Source: the human T2T-CHM13v2.0 reference genome, Homo sapiens. From it: 64,000 nucleotides of DNA. This document shows positions 1-13,044 of this stretch, in pieces. Under the pieces are notes generated by a model that worked only from the letters and a program-made list of their open reading frames with translations, did no database searches and was not told where the DNA came from. The position numbers and the translations under genes were made by a program. The stretch's first letter is position 1. The number at the start of each line of letters is the position of its first letter. The DNA is taken from assembly GCF_009914755.1 (NCBI RefSeq), contig NC_060934.1. One strand, 5' to 3'.

Positions 1-799
1 GTGCTCCTATTTTTACCCATGACTTGTTCTAGTAATCTTCAGTATCTTGTTAGCTCTTTGATGTGATTAAAACAAAGTTTTCTGTATTTTTGCAGCATTT
101 TTAGTTGTTGTTAGTGAGAAAGTTGGTTTAAAACACGCAGCCTACCATTGCATAACCATGTTTTAATGGTATTTGAACTATTTGGTATTTGGCTCTTTAA
201 GTATTGCATATTTTTTAAAAATTTAAATTGACTCATTCTAAAAGCAAGGTTGTGTCATTCTTACTTTTAAGTGAATGGATACCAATGATAGGGAATGGAA
301 CAATCCCTGTGACTGACTATATCTCATATTCTGTTAATGGGGTATAAGTATACATTCATCTTTGTTTCTATCCACTAGATACCATCATGATTCAAAATCA
401 AAACTACTTAGTAAATCATGCTTGTAAGTTTAAAATTGGGCTTTTGTTTAACAGTTATTTCATTGCTGATTTTGAATTATGTTCATATATGAGGTTCTTA
501 ATTACAATTTCTGTCCAATTAGGAAGGGATTAAGGATAATCCTATACCTCACAGGACTTTTTGCAAGCTACAAAAATACGGTTTCATATGATATAGTGAG
601 GCTGTGAGATTAAACATAGATCCTTTATTCAAGTGTTTCTAAGACAATTATTAGCACCATGACAATGAAGATTTAAATACAGAGAAAAGTTTTCAAACCT
701 GCGATGATATGTTGAGAATAAATTGAAATAAAAGACGTTAAGAAAAAGGAAACCAAGCAGTTATGAGGTCCAAGGCCTAGAATCAGAGAGGAACCCTAG

Positions 800-1028
800 G
801 GAGGCAGATTTTCAGTCACACTTTGAAGACCTTTCTAGCAGCCACAGTTGTCCAACAATAAATTTGTGTCTGCTGCACATGGCTCTGAGCTCTTCACCAC
901 AAAAGGGCTCTATCACGGCTGCACAGTCACTTTCTAGAGCAGTTTGAATCATGTGTGATTCAGTACAACATGACACATTGGACTCCTGTCCTGGAAGGCC
1001 TTTCTAACTCTAAGAATCTGTGAATCTC
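800..1028 (+). mobile_element. L3/CR1 LINE 3' end fragment
   Basis: GGAGGCAGATTTTCAG...GTTGTCCAACAAT...GGCCTTTCTAACTCTAAGAATCTGTGA resembles the recalled CR1/L3 3' terminus; highly diverged. Confidence 0.55.
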
Positions 1029-1269
1029 TAATACTAAAAAGAGTGACTTTTTTGTGTCTTATCTAAAGTTATCTAATTAGATATTAAATAATATTAGACT
1101 TTGTCACCTTTAAGGTGAAGAGAATTGAGTTAAGTGTACTTCTCAGTTTTTGGTATTATTTATGCTGGCCTATGCAAAGCTGTCCTCTTTTTTAATTAAT
1201 TTAATTATTTATTCATTTCTTCTTATTTCCACAGTCTGTTCCCAATTCCTTCTCCTACATTAGGCAAAT

Positions 1270-1287
1270 TGTGTGTGTGTGTATGTG

Positions 1288-1320
<33 letters not shown>
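1270..1320. repeat. (TG)n microsatellite
   Basis: Seen directly. Confidence 0.95.
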
Positions 1321-1322
<2 letters not shown>

Positions 1323-1680
1323 TTTAATTATATACCTTATTTGTATGAAAAACTGTGTCCTTGCAAAGTAAGCATTTGTCTTGCAAAAATGTATACTGTT
1401 GTTTTACATGTATGCATTTTCAGTTTATACTAACATTGTGCAACATATTTCATTCTGTTGTGGGTTTTTTTTTTTGTTTTTTTGTTTTTTTTTTTTGTCC
1501 TTCAGTGCTTACCTTCCATTTGTTTTTATTACATTTGGTTTATTCTTTCCAGTTGTGGCACAGACCTTTATGGTATGAATTGTACCATATTTGACCTACT
1601 AAGTCTCCACCTCCACAAATAAAAACTTTTATCTATGTCCACTTATGGACTGTTAAATAATGGCATTGCCATTTTGCATG

Positions 1681-1719
1681 CGTATTAGTCAAAGTTCTCC
1701 AAAAAATAGAGCCAATAAG

Positions 1720-1768
<49 letters not shown>

Positions 1769-2260
1769 GATGTATAAAGAGAGAGAGAGAGAAAGAGAGA
1801 TGGAAAAAGATAAATTTATTATAAGCAATTGGCTCACATGATTATGGAAGCTGGTAAGTCCCAAGATCTTCAGGGTGAGTCAGCAAGCTGGAGACCTAGC
1901 AGAGCTGAGAATTGGAGGAGCCAATGGTGTAGTTTTGGTGTGAGGGCTGGTAGGCTCAGGACACAGGAAGAGCTGATGTTTCAGTTCCAGTCCAAAGTCA
2001 GGAATAAACCAATGTCAGGTTGAAGGCTGTCAGACAAGAAGGATTCTGCCTTGCTAGGGTGAGAGGTGGCCTTTCTGTTCTACTTAGACCCACAACTAAT
2101 TGGATGAGGCCCACCCATACTATGGGTAACAATTTAAATGTTAACCTCATCTAAAAATGCCCTCACAGAACCACCCTCACCAATGTTTGACCAAATGTTT
2201 GACCAATGTTTGGCACCCCATGGCCCAGTCAAGTCAACACATAAGATTAACCATTGGACA
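1681..2260 (-). mobile_element. MLT2 (ERVL) solo LTR, MLT2B-like, with internal (TG)n/(GA)n
   Basis: Termini (T)GTATTAGTC...GTTCTCC and AAGTCAACACATAAGATTAACCAT; internal GGCTCACATGATTATGGAAGCTG and GGATGAGGCCCACCCA; 5-bp flanks GCATG/GCACA. Confidence 0.85.
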
Positions 2261-2265
2261 GCACA

Positions 2266-2560
2266 TAAAACCAGGAGTTTAAATGCTGGATCATGAAGCA
2301 TGTATATACTTAACTTGATCAGGAACTGTCAGTTAACACTCTTGATTGGTAGGCCTCGTCCTACTTCCACTCACAGTGCATCAGGTTCTTACTCTCAGAA
2401 TTCTTAATCCCTGCTAACACTTGGCATCATCTGACTTTTTAACTTTGCCAACCTACAAGGTTTAAAGCGCTATCTCATTATTGTTTCAATTTGCATTTTT
2501 CATATTACTAATGAGTTTGAACAGCTTGTCATATGCATACTATCTCACTTCCTCGTCTAT
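2266..2560 (-). mobile_element. Old L1 (L1ME-like) ORF2 3' fragment, probably the host of the MLT2
   Basis: TATCTCATTATTGTTTCAATTTGCATTTTTCATATTACTAATGAGTTTGAACA matches antisense L1 ORF2 C-terminal coding sequence. Confidence 0.65.
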
Positions 2561-4643
2561 AATTGTTGTTTTAATATGTTTAAATCTCTAATATGTCTAA
2601 ACTTATCACCCCCTTTCATTCAGTATTTATTTGTATTTTCCAATTTTTCTTGTTCAGTCTTGCCTGAGGTCTACTTTGTTAATCTTTTCAAAGAAAAAAT
2701 GTTGGGTTTTGTTAATCTTCTGTATTGCTTTTATGTTTTATATCCAAGTTTTCTTTATTTAATATTTATCTTTCTTTACCTTTCTTGAGAAGAAAGATGA
2801 GAACTTATTCTACACAGCCTCCTCCTAAAAGCACAGCACAAGAGCCTGACACATAGCAGGTCACAATACAAGTTCATCAAATGACTGAATGCATGTGAAA
2901 ACACATTATTGCTGAAGTATAGAGATTTATCTCATTTTTTAAAATGAGTTTTCTCAATTTAAAAAATGATTTGGATATGGCCAGAGGATAGAAATGGGAC
3001 AAGCTGAGGAGATGAACAGTGAATATTTAACCTGCCTCTCTACTAAAGTTTGATTACTTTCATTGAATGCAAACATGCTTAGGAATGTGGGGCATTAGAA
3101 TGGAAATTCTCTTTTCCAAAAATAATACCAAAGCATCAGCATACAGAGTTTTAAAAGCAGAGTTATGGAGACTCTGGCTCCTAGAAATAGAATCACCAGT
3201 AATACTGAGAAGAGTTCTGTGAAGTTGACTTACTAAATGAGTATCTGATATATTTTACTTTATACAAATCATGAGGATTATAACCTAGATGAATAGAATT
3301 CTAGAGAAAAACTATAGCATAAATTAAAAATAACTACTACTAAAATGATCTTACTTATGCAGTAATAATGTCTAGGTAAGTGGATATGAAACATTAGCCA
3401 ACAGGTATGACAATATCTCCTCTCATTGAGGGAATAATGGAGGAGGTTGTGTGGGGGAGATTGCTGGCAGCTATATTTTTTAAATGGTGAGAGAAATGAC
3501 TTTCTTAAGGAGCACAAAATCAAAAAGTAAGTCTTTTTCCAGCAAAATACCACAAAAGAGAGTCAACATACCAAAGAATACGAAAGTTGATATCATGTAG
3601 GAGGAGAAAGTTCTGGCAAAGTTCCTTGTGACAAGAAGCTTTCAACAACAACATAAAACAACTTGAAGTACCTCATAAAGTTTTATCAAAATAACGAGGA
3701 TACTTAGTAATTAACGTTTCTCAATTACAACATAAATTACATGTTATACTTTACAATAGGGTTTATGGGCTTTGTGATATTAAAATTATATATTCAGATA
3801 ACATATTTTGTCCAAGCAAAGAAAAAATATATGCTAAAACTCACACAAAGTTTTTACATCTGAGAAATATAACAATCAATCTATTGCTTTCAGCCCTCAA
3901 GAGATTACCCATATTACTAAAAACTATTTGCATTTGGCCACTTTATATGAGATTTGAAAGAGAACACTGAATCAATTTAACAAATTTGAAAGAATAGCTT
4001 CTTTATTGCTTTTTTAAAAACTCACTCATCTGGAATTGCCATTTTTCCAAGAAAAGTCTACATCCTATATCATCTTAAGGCAATGGCTTTTTCTTAAAAG
4101 TAATTGGAAGAAATTTCTAGCCCCATATTTACATCATACAGATTTGAATTACTTCAACAAAAGACAATGCATTTTGTGATTCATTAAATTCAAAGCACTC
4201 AGAGTATCAACAGTTAAAATGTCAAAGCCTTGCCCTGTCTAGACATCTCAGCACTCTCCATACACATTTGAACTTTCAAAGTAGATGTAACAACTATAGG
4301 AACAAATAAAGTCACTCTCATAATTAGGATGCTATTTTTTATATATCATAATAATTGTTTTCTTTTAAAAACAACTTTGGAATTCAAATCATATTAGGAA
4401 AAAAATTGACAATTCATCTCAATTGCTGCAGTGATTTACCAATACTTTTAAAAATTAACTCATCCCTACTTATCTAAACAATGCATACAATTTATCATTT
4501 TTATTCTAAATTAATAGGATAGCACATCCCCTAAAGCTGTAATCTAGAGTGAAAATCGAAAGATAATTCAGTAAAAGATAAAGAACAGCAAAGTATTTTT
4601 CCTATAAGGTGATAACATGACACGGCATTAAAACCTTCCTGAT

Positions 4644-5124
4644 TGTCCCATATAACTAATGTTTATGGTTTCTTTTGAATAAGCATAGAAAGTGACCCTG
4701 TCAGTCTTAAAACTCAAGAAAATTACATTTGTCTTATCTGAGTTCCTTTCTCAGGAAATCAAATCAGGTCTCCCAGATAGTATCAAGGAACTGAACCTTA
4801 TGTGATCAACACATCTAGATAATGAGATGCCAGACCCCTCACTTATTGTGAATGCCTAAGCGACCACCTGCTTCCTGTTGACCAGTTTCTCTTTCTTACC
4901 CCTCCCTAACTCCTGTTTTCCCACACATAGTTACATTTGTCCCCTGCTATATAAAGCTTCCAATTTTAGTGGATCAGGGAGATGGATTTGAGACTGATTT
5001 CCCGTCTCTTCAGCTGCAGCATCCAATTAAAGCCTTCTTCTCTGGCAATATTCCTTGTCTCAATGATTGGCTTTCTGTGCAGCAAGCAGCTGGAGCTAGA
5101 CTGAACCCCTACATTTTGATAACA
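4644..5124 (+). mobile_element. ERV1 solo LTR, MER66-like
   Basis: TG...CA termini (TGTCCCATATAACT...TTTTGATAACA), TATA box TATATAAA at ~4948, ATTAAA poly(A) signal at ~5026; body matches recalled MER66. Confidence 0.75.
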
Positions 5125-6218
5125 GCATGAATTCCCAAAGAAGACATCATTTTTCATCATGCCAATGAGTGTGAATGTCCACCTCAGACCTTCTAAGCTG
5201 GATGAAAAACTGCTAATACCTTACTTCAACCCTGACTCTTTTCTCAACTGTCGCTGAGAAAGTACATCAAACCATTTGCCCTTCCCCAGCATGCACACAC
5301 ACACGCGTTTGCTGATCATTGAAAAAGTAGCTGGGGCCACATTGAGGGTCAGCCCTGAGTTTTGCAGACGTTAAATAATTAATCACAGAAAGTGAAACGT
5401 CTATGGCTTTAGGATGAGGAGTTCTAATTTCCCATGCCCACATCCTCAGAAAAACAAAAACAAAAAACCTTCTGATTGCTTTGACTTGGCAGTGCTCTTT
5501 GAATCAGTAGGACCCAGGACACGTATGAGGGCAAAAGAAGAAAGTGCTGTGTGGGACCAGGCAACATGCTGAATAGTTGCTATGGCATGATTCATGATTG
5601 ACAGTTAGAAGGTTAGTGCTTTGGAAATAAGTATCCATTTTGTCAATAGTGATAAATCTCTTTCAAGTGACATACATTTGAAATTGTGACTTTGAAATTT
5701 TTTACAAGTCACGCACTTGTCACAGTTAGGTGGGAATAGGTCAAACAGTTAGACTAGGACTTTGTCTCATAGAGAAAGAACATGAGCATTTTTAATTTTT
5801 AATAGAGAAGACTCTGGAGTTTCCCAAAAAATAGAATTGCTAAATATTCTTACCTTAAAAGAGTAATGTAAAATCAAGAAAGACCAAAGGAAGCCATATA
5901 AATATACAATTGTCTTCAAATATCCATTTTTATAAGTGAAAATATGGCACATTCTGTCATATTTGCACAGTTACTAGACTATGGAAAATGTGGAGTCTGA
6001 CTGAATTCCACCACATGGTTGTGTGGTCTGGGCTTCATATGAAACTGCCTATGCTGATGCTCGAAGAAGTCTCAAGCTCTTATAAGTGAAGCACAAGTCA
6101 GCCTACTAATCTGTAATCAAGATCAAATAGTAAGCAGAAATCCCCACATTTGTGCTAGTATCATACAAATATGAAAATAAACATAACAATAACAAGCTCA
6201 ACGTATTTCATTACACAG

Positions 6219-6257
6219 TTCAACTTGGCAACCCTACTGGAAGACCGTTCAGCTTTG
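6219..6257 (+). other. Candidate 39-nt exon (unverified)
   Basis: TTACACAG| 39 nt open in all three frames |GTGAGT in non-repeat sequence; weak pyrimidine tract. Confidence 0.2.
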
Positions 6258-7529
6258 GTGAGTTGTATTTGGAAAGGGTACTTAGGAGTATATGTTGTCT
6301 TAAAAGAGTGAGGTTTCACTTTGAAGCTGACAGGGGCTGGTGCCCAGGACATTTGACCTCTTCTTCCACCACAGTGGTAAGACAAAGATTTAATGAGAAT
6401 TTTACCCATAACATGTAAACATGGACAACATATTTGAGGTTATATTTTATCTATTGCTACTTTTGTGATACCACATATAAAAATGTTAGGGAGACTCACA
6501 TTTGTTTTGGTTTCTAGGGGTTCTGAGAAAGATGCATTCCCTCAAAAGTGATATATCTAAGTTAGTGACCCGGGGGACACCAAGAGTCAGAAACATTTGA
6601 TCTGACTCTTCACTAAGATGCAGAGACCTTAAGAACAAAAAATATTACCAAGAAATGAGTTACAGAACTAGAAATACCAAATAAGAGAAAAGTTGATTAT
6701 TTAAATTTTGAGAAGAATTTTCTACAATGAAAATACAGTGTACCAGAAATACTGACTATGAAAATAGTGAGTGCCAGAAATCCCCATAACATAAATACTG
6801 AAAGATGGAAGCACAGAATGCTGATGTTAGAAGTACTCTTGAAAAGTCCTTTCCACCTATAAGGACTTGTACACAGGTTAAAATCTACAAAGTACTTGTG
6901 AGTCCTCAGCAATAATGTGAAATATCCTGGATGTTATTATCATGGAATCCAAAGAGCCTTGCTTCTTCTTAACCTTTTACTAAATCCTCTTTTTTATCAC
7001 ATCTCTTTGTGGTGATATCGACCACCTGGTATTTAGGACTAAAGCCTCTTTCAACAGAAGCTTTGCAATGTTTTCAAGAGCAGCTCAAAAGCTGAAATGC
7101 TTTATGAAACACTCCCATTTCTTCATTCATTGACATGTCAGCCTTTCAGTGAGGCAATCTGGCTTCCATGAATAAAAAATGAATGAAACACAGATTCTTA
7201 AAACATAATAATTACAATTAGTTTCTCCATTTGAAATAAACCATAACACAGGCTGTGGAGAGTGGGAGTGAATAGTTTGAGATCTCACTGAAAACCTAGG
7301 TGGTCTGTCCCATTAGAAGCCAGAAGTAAAGGAGACCAGAAAAACAAGTATGGTCCAGACCCATGAGCATTGGAAATTTTATGCTACATGAAAATTCTGT
7401 TCATTTGGTTTGTTTATTTCATTTCTGTGACTAAACTTAGCCTCCTTGAACAATCTTCTCAGTTCCTTTGTACCTTGGACATGTATCTGGCAATTTGCTT
7501 TAATTGATAAAGTGCAAATATTTCAGTGC

Positions 7530-8330
7530 TGGCAAATATATCAATGGAACAGAATAGAGGTCTCAGAGAAAGACCCTCATAAATGTGAACAACTTATCTG
7601 GTACAAAGCATCAGGTGCAATTCCATGGATAAAAGATAGCTTTTTCCATAAATGATTACTGAGCAACTAGACATCACATGTACAAAAAATGAATTTAGAT
7701 ATTAACTTTACATGCTTCACAGAAAATACCTCAAAATGGATCACCAACTTAATTGTAAAATCAAAACTAATAAACTCCTAAAAGGTAACACATTAATAGA
7801 AGAAAATTTAAAATGGACTTGGGTATGGTGATGACTTTTTAGATACAACACAAAAAAGTGAGATTCATGAAAGAAATAGTTGATATGCTGGACTTTGGGA
7901 AAATTAAAACTTCTGCTCAGTGAAAAGCAAAGTCAACAGAATGAGAAACAAGTTACAGACTGGGAGAAAATATTTGAAAAATATACACCTGATATAAGAC
8001 TTCCAAATAATACAAAGAACTTCTAAAACTCAACAATAAGACATTGAACAGCCTGATTAAAAATTGGGCAAACTCTATAAACAGACATCTCTCCAAAGAT
8101 ATAAATATGGCAAATAAGCACAAGAATGGTTGTTCAATATCATATGTCATTAGGAAATTGCAAATTAAAATATCAAGTTACAACTATATACCAGCAGAAT
8201 GGACAAAATCTAAAACACATGAAGTACAAAATACTGGGAGGGTGTGAAACAACAGGACCTCTCATTCATTGATGATAGTAATGCAAAATGACACAGCTAC
8301 TTTGGAAGACAGTTTTGTGGTTTCTTAGAA
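7530..8330 (+). mobile_element. Old L1 (L1MC/MD-like) ORF2 3' portion
   Basis: ORF-track peptides QIYQWNRIE and IKNWANSINRHLSKDINMANKH are degenerate L1 ORF2p C-terminal motifs. Confidence 0.85.
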
Positions 8331-8339
8331 GAAATTGGT

Positions 8340-11300
8340 GATTTAGGTTATCAGATTTGTCAGTTATTCATAGTATTCTTTTATTATCCTTTTAATGTCC
8401 ATGGGATCTATAGTGGTACCTCCTTTTTCATTTCTAATATTAGAAATTTGTCTTCTTTTTTCTTAGCTTGGATAGGGGCTTACTGATTTTATGGATCTTT
8501 TCAAAAATCAAGCTTTTGGTTTTCTCTATTTCCTATTTTCAATTTCATTGCTTTCTGCAGAAATTTTTATTGTTTCTGTTCTCTTGCTTACTTTGGATTT
8601 AATTTGCGCTTCTTTTTCTAGTTTCCTGAGGTAGACACTTAAATGATTGATTTTAGAACTTTCTTCTTTTCTAATATATGCATTCAATGCTATAAATATC
8701 CCTCTGTGTACTTTTTGTGCATCCTACAAAGTTTGATAAGTTGTATTTTTATTTGATTTGGTTCAAACACTTTTTAAATACCCCTTCAGATTTCTTCTTT
8801 GAACAATGTATTTATAAATGTGTTGTTTGAATTCTAATAATTTGGATATTTTTCTATCTTTCTGTTATGATTTTTATTTTAATTCTATTGTAGTCTGAGG
8901 GAAGACATTGTATGATTCTATTCTTTTTATTTTTAAAATATATCTTATGGTCTAGATTTCTGGCTATCTTGGAGAATGTTCCATGTGAGGTTGAGGAAAA
9001 TTTGTATTCTGCTGTCAGATGAAATAGCCTTTAAATGTCCATTATATCCCAGTGATTAGAGATTCTGTCTTCAGGATTCAACTGTTTCCTTACTGATTTT
9101 CTGACTGTTGGATCTGTTTATTTGTGATAGACTGGTTTGGAAGTCTCCAACTGTAACAGTGAATTCATCTATTTCTCCTTGCAGTACTATTAGTTTTGCT
9201 TCATGACTTTTAACATAATGTGCCATACACATTAAGGATTGCTATGTGTTCCTGGGAAATTGACCCCTTTATCATTATGCACTGACCCTCTTTACCCCTG
9301 ACAAGTTTCCTTGCTCTGACGTCTGCTCTGTCTGAAAATAATATGGCTATTCACACTTTCTTATGATTACTGTTAGCTTGGTATGTTTTTCATCCATCCC
9401 TTTGCTTTTAATCTATGTGTCTCTATATTGATGATGGAAATGCAAAAAGGTAATATGAAAGGGGAATGCAAAAATATACCATACTAGCACACACTAATCA
9501 CATGTGAGTTTCTTGTAGATAACCTATAGGTGGGTCTTATTTTTAATCCACTCTGCTAGCAATCTGTATCTTTTAATTGGGGGTACTTTAAGCATTGATG
9601 TTTAAAGTGATTATTAATAAAAGTAGATTAATATCTACTACATTTGTTACTGTTTTCTATTTGTTGCCCTTATTCTACATTCCTATTTTTGTCTTCTGTA
9701 TTGTTTGGCCTGCTGTGGTTTAATTCAACACTTTATATAATTCCATTTTATTTCATTGTCTTAGCTTATCAATTATACATTTATTTTTTAGTGGCTGTCC
9801 CAGAGTTTGAAATACACATTTACAACTAATTCAATTTCACTTTCAAATAACACCATATTGCTTCATAGGTAGTGTAAATATCCTATAACAACAAAATATT
9901 ATAAATTTCTCTCTCCAATTCCTTGTATTATTCCTGTCATTTATTTCACTTACACATAAGCATTTATAATATATATTACATAACATATAATTGAATACAT
10001 TGCTGCTATTATGATTTTGAACAAACTTTTATTTGTTACATCAGAGTCAAAAAATAAATCTTTTTAAAAACTTCCTTTATTTATTTTTCCATGCTCTTTC
10101 TTTCTTTGTGCACATGCAAGTTTAAGACCTGTATCATTTTCCTTCCCTCTGAAGAACTTATTTTAACATTTCTTGTAAGGCAGGTCTCTTGTCAGCAAAT
10201 TCTCTCAATATTTGCTTGTCGGAGAAAGTTTTTATTTCTCATTCACTTTTGAAGGATAATGTTGCAGGGTACAGAATCTATGAATGTGAATCTACAGAAT
10301 TTGCTGACAAGAGATCTGCCTTGAAAGAAATGTTAAAATAAGTTCTTCAGAGAGAAGGAAAATGATATAGGTCATAATCTTGGATATGCACGGAGAAAGA
10401 GCATGGAACAATAAATGAAGTTTTTAAAAGGTTTTTTTTTTACTCTTAAATGATGTAACAAATAACAGTTTGTTCAAAATCATAATAGCAACAATATATT
10501 TTAGGCTGGTGTTTTTCTGTTTTTTTCTCTCCACACTTTAAATATGTCACTCCTTAATCTTCTTGCTTGCATGGTTTCTGGGGAGAGTCATATGTAATTT
10601 TTATCTTTGCTCCTCTACAGGTAAGTTCTCTTTTTCACTCCCCATCCCAAGCTTCTTTCAAGATTTTTTACTTATCTTCAATTTTCTACTATTAGAATAT
10701 TATATGCCCAGATGTCATTTGTTTGTTTGATTGTTTGTATTTATACCCCTTGGTGTTCTCTGAGCTTCCTGGATCTGTGGTTTGGTGTCTGATATTAGCT
10801 GGGAAAAGTTTTCAGTCATTATCACTTCAAATATTTCTTTTGTTTCCTTCTTTCTTCTCCTTCTAGTAATCTCATTATGCATATGCCATACCTTTTGTAG
10901 TTGCCTCGCTGTTCTTTGATATTGTCTTCTTTTTTTCCATTATTTTTTTCTCTTTGTTTTCAGTTATAGAAAGTTCTATTCTGATCTCCTCAACCTCAAA
11001 GATTCTTCCTTCAGGTATGTCTAGATTACTGATGAGCCACACAAAGGGATTCTTCAATTCTGTTACAGTAGTTTTGATCTCCAACACTTTTTATTTTCTC
11101 TTAGAATTTTCATCTGTCTGTTTGAATTACCCATCTGTTTTTTTATGTTCTCTACTTTTTTAATTAGTGCATTTAGCATATTAGTCATAGTTCTTTTAAA
11201 TTCACAGTTTGATATTTATGACATTCCTGTCATATCTGGACCTGGTAATAATGCTTGCTCTGTCTTTCAAATTATGTGAATTTTTTTCCTTTATAAGGAA

Positions 11301-12110
11301 ATCATAAGTAGGACTTATAATTTTTTTATTAAAAGGTAGACATGATGCACTGGATAAAAGGAATTTAGTAAAGAAGTCTTAAGTGATGTAATGATACAAT
11401 GCAGTGGGAGGGGAACTTTCTATAGTCCTATACTTAAGTCTCTGTCTTTTAGTGGGCCTGACCTATAAATGTCACAAATGCCTTTCAGTTGTTTTGGTTT
11501 TCGAATTTTTTTCATCCCCTTAGGTAATGAGGCTAGAGTTGGATATTTTCCTTTCCCCCAGTGAGTTAGAATCATAAAATTTAAGTAGGTTAGGCTCTGG
11601 CAAAATAATTCCTCTGGAGAACAGGCCTACAGGCCTTCGCAAGTAGAAGACAAGGTATATTTCATAATGGTTCCCCTACCCTTTCTTCTACCAGAAGTAT
11701 GAGAATTTTCTCTGATACTTACTTTGAGAACCTGGAACAGCTCCTGGAGGTAAAACTCCCAAGAGTATGGGGGCCTCCCAATAACTGGATCCTTCTTGAG
11801 TTTTTACTTCTCAGGCTTGTCCACACTGAGCCTCTAGTAATTCATTGGTTAAAGTTCAGGCTTTCTTTCCCTGGTACTTGATTCTAAGAAGGTTTCAGCT
11901 TGAGAGTTGCCACTTCACTCCAGTAAGTCATGAAATATTTGCCTGTGAGTCTCTCCCATTTTCAGAGCAGTGGTTCACCTGTGATCTCATTTCTCCAATG
12001 GATCTGAAAAGAGTTGTGGGTTTTTCAGTTTGTATAACTTTTTTATTTCTTAGAATCAAGAGGCCACTTCTAAGCTCCTTATGTGCTGGACCAGAAGAGG
12101 GAAGCCAATA
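8340..12110 (-). mobile_element. Old L1M: ORF2 5' (endonuclease) region, ORF1 and 5' region, degenerate
   Basis: T-rich antisense L1 motifs (GAATGTTCCATGTG, GAAGTCTCCAACT, TTCTTGTAGA); ORF1-like peptide MLEIKTTVTELKNPF...RIFEVEE at 10875-11087. Confidence 0.8.
9994..10500. repeat. Inverted repeat: arms 9994-10203 and 10296-10500, 92-nt spacer
   Basis: Manual reverse-complement alignment; 5 mismatches over the inner 78 bp, a few indels in the outer part. Confidence 0.9.
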
Positions 12111-12519
12111 CTCGTTATTTTTCTCCACACACCTCTTTTTTTTAAAGAGCCCTGGTCTGGGATCAGTTTTATGTTTCTTGGCAATTCTTTCTTGAGATTT
12201 TTCTGGCCTCTCACAAACATTTCTACCCAGGCAAAAGATGAAATGTGAGCTCTGCCATGCTGATAATAAAGCAGAGCAAACAGTATGTGTAAACAGCACA
12301 CTCTTCCCAGTTCCTAACCCTCTTCTGCCCCAACCTATTTGCACTTTTCTATTCTTCTTACTTGGAACTCCCTTACTTAGTTATTTGCATACCTTACTAT
12401 TCTTATTTTACTTAGGTATCTGCTCAAATATCGGTTTCTCAAAGAAGTCAGTCTTGTTAAAATATCAGTCAGAGTGCTCTCTATCTCTTTAGTCTATTTC
12501 ATTTGCTTTATGGCATAAT

Positions 12520-13040
12520 ATGTGTTTTTGTGTATTTGTGTGTATACATATAGAGCCAAATATGTATGTATATATGTGTATACTATATATACATATACAA
12601 TTATTTACCTCCCATACTAATAGCACAATGATAATCAATATTTTTTGATGCTTACCATGGTCCAATGCCAGATATTTACCTTTTATATATGAAGAAACTG
12701 AGGTTCAGAGAGCCTGTCATCTGCTTGAGTTCAGGAAGCTGGTATCTAACAGAACCAGCGTTTAAACTCAAATGCATGTGACTCCCAAAGTCAGTCAAGG
12801 AACACACAATCTCCATGGTGTGTGGCCCAATAGGAGAACATTCACACTTATATATTATTTTATATGTGTGTGTGTATATATGCACACACACACACACATA
12901 TATACACACGCATTCACATATATACATATTATGTCAATTATGTCTGTATATATTATGATATATATATAATACCCATGTATGTATGTATCATGTTTATTAA
13001 TATTTATGACATGTATATCATATGCATTATGTGTGTATGC
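12520..13040. repeat. TA/TG/CA low-complexity tracts flanking a MIR
   Basis: Seen directly. Confidence 0.8.
12626..12800 (-). mobile_element. MIR SINE
   Basis: Antisense core ATGAAGAAACTGAGGTTCAGAGAG...GACTCCCAAAG. Confidence 0.75.
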
Positions 13041-13044
13041 TTCT

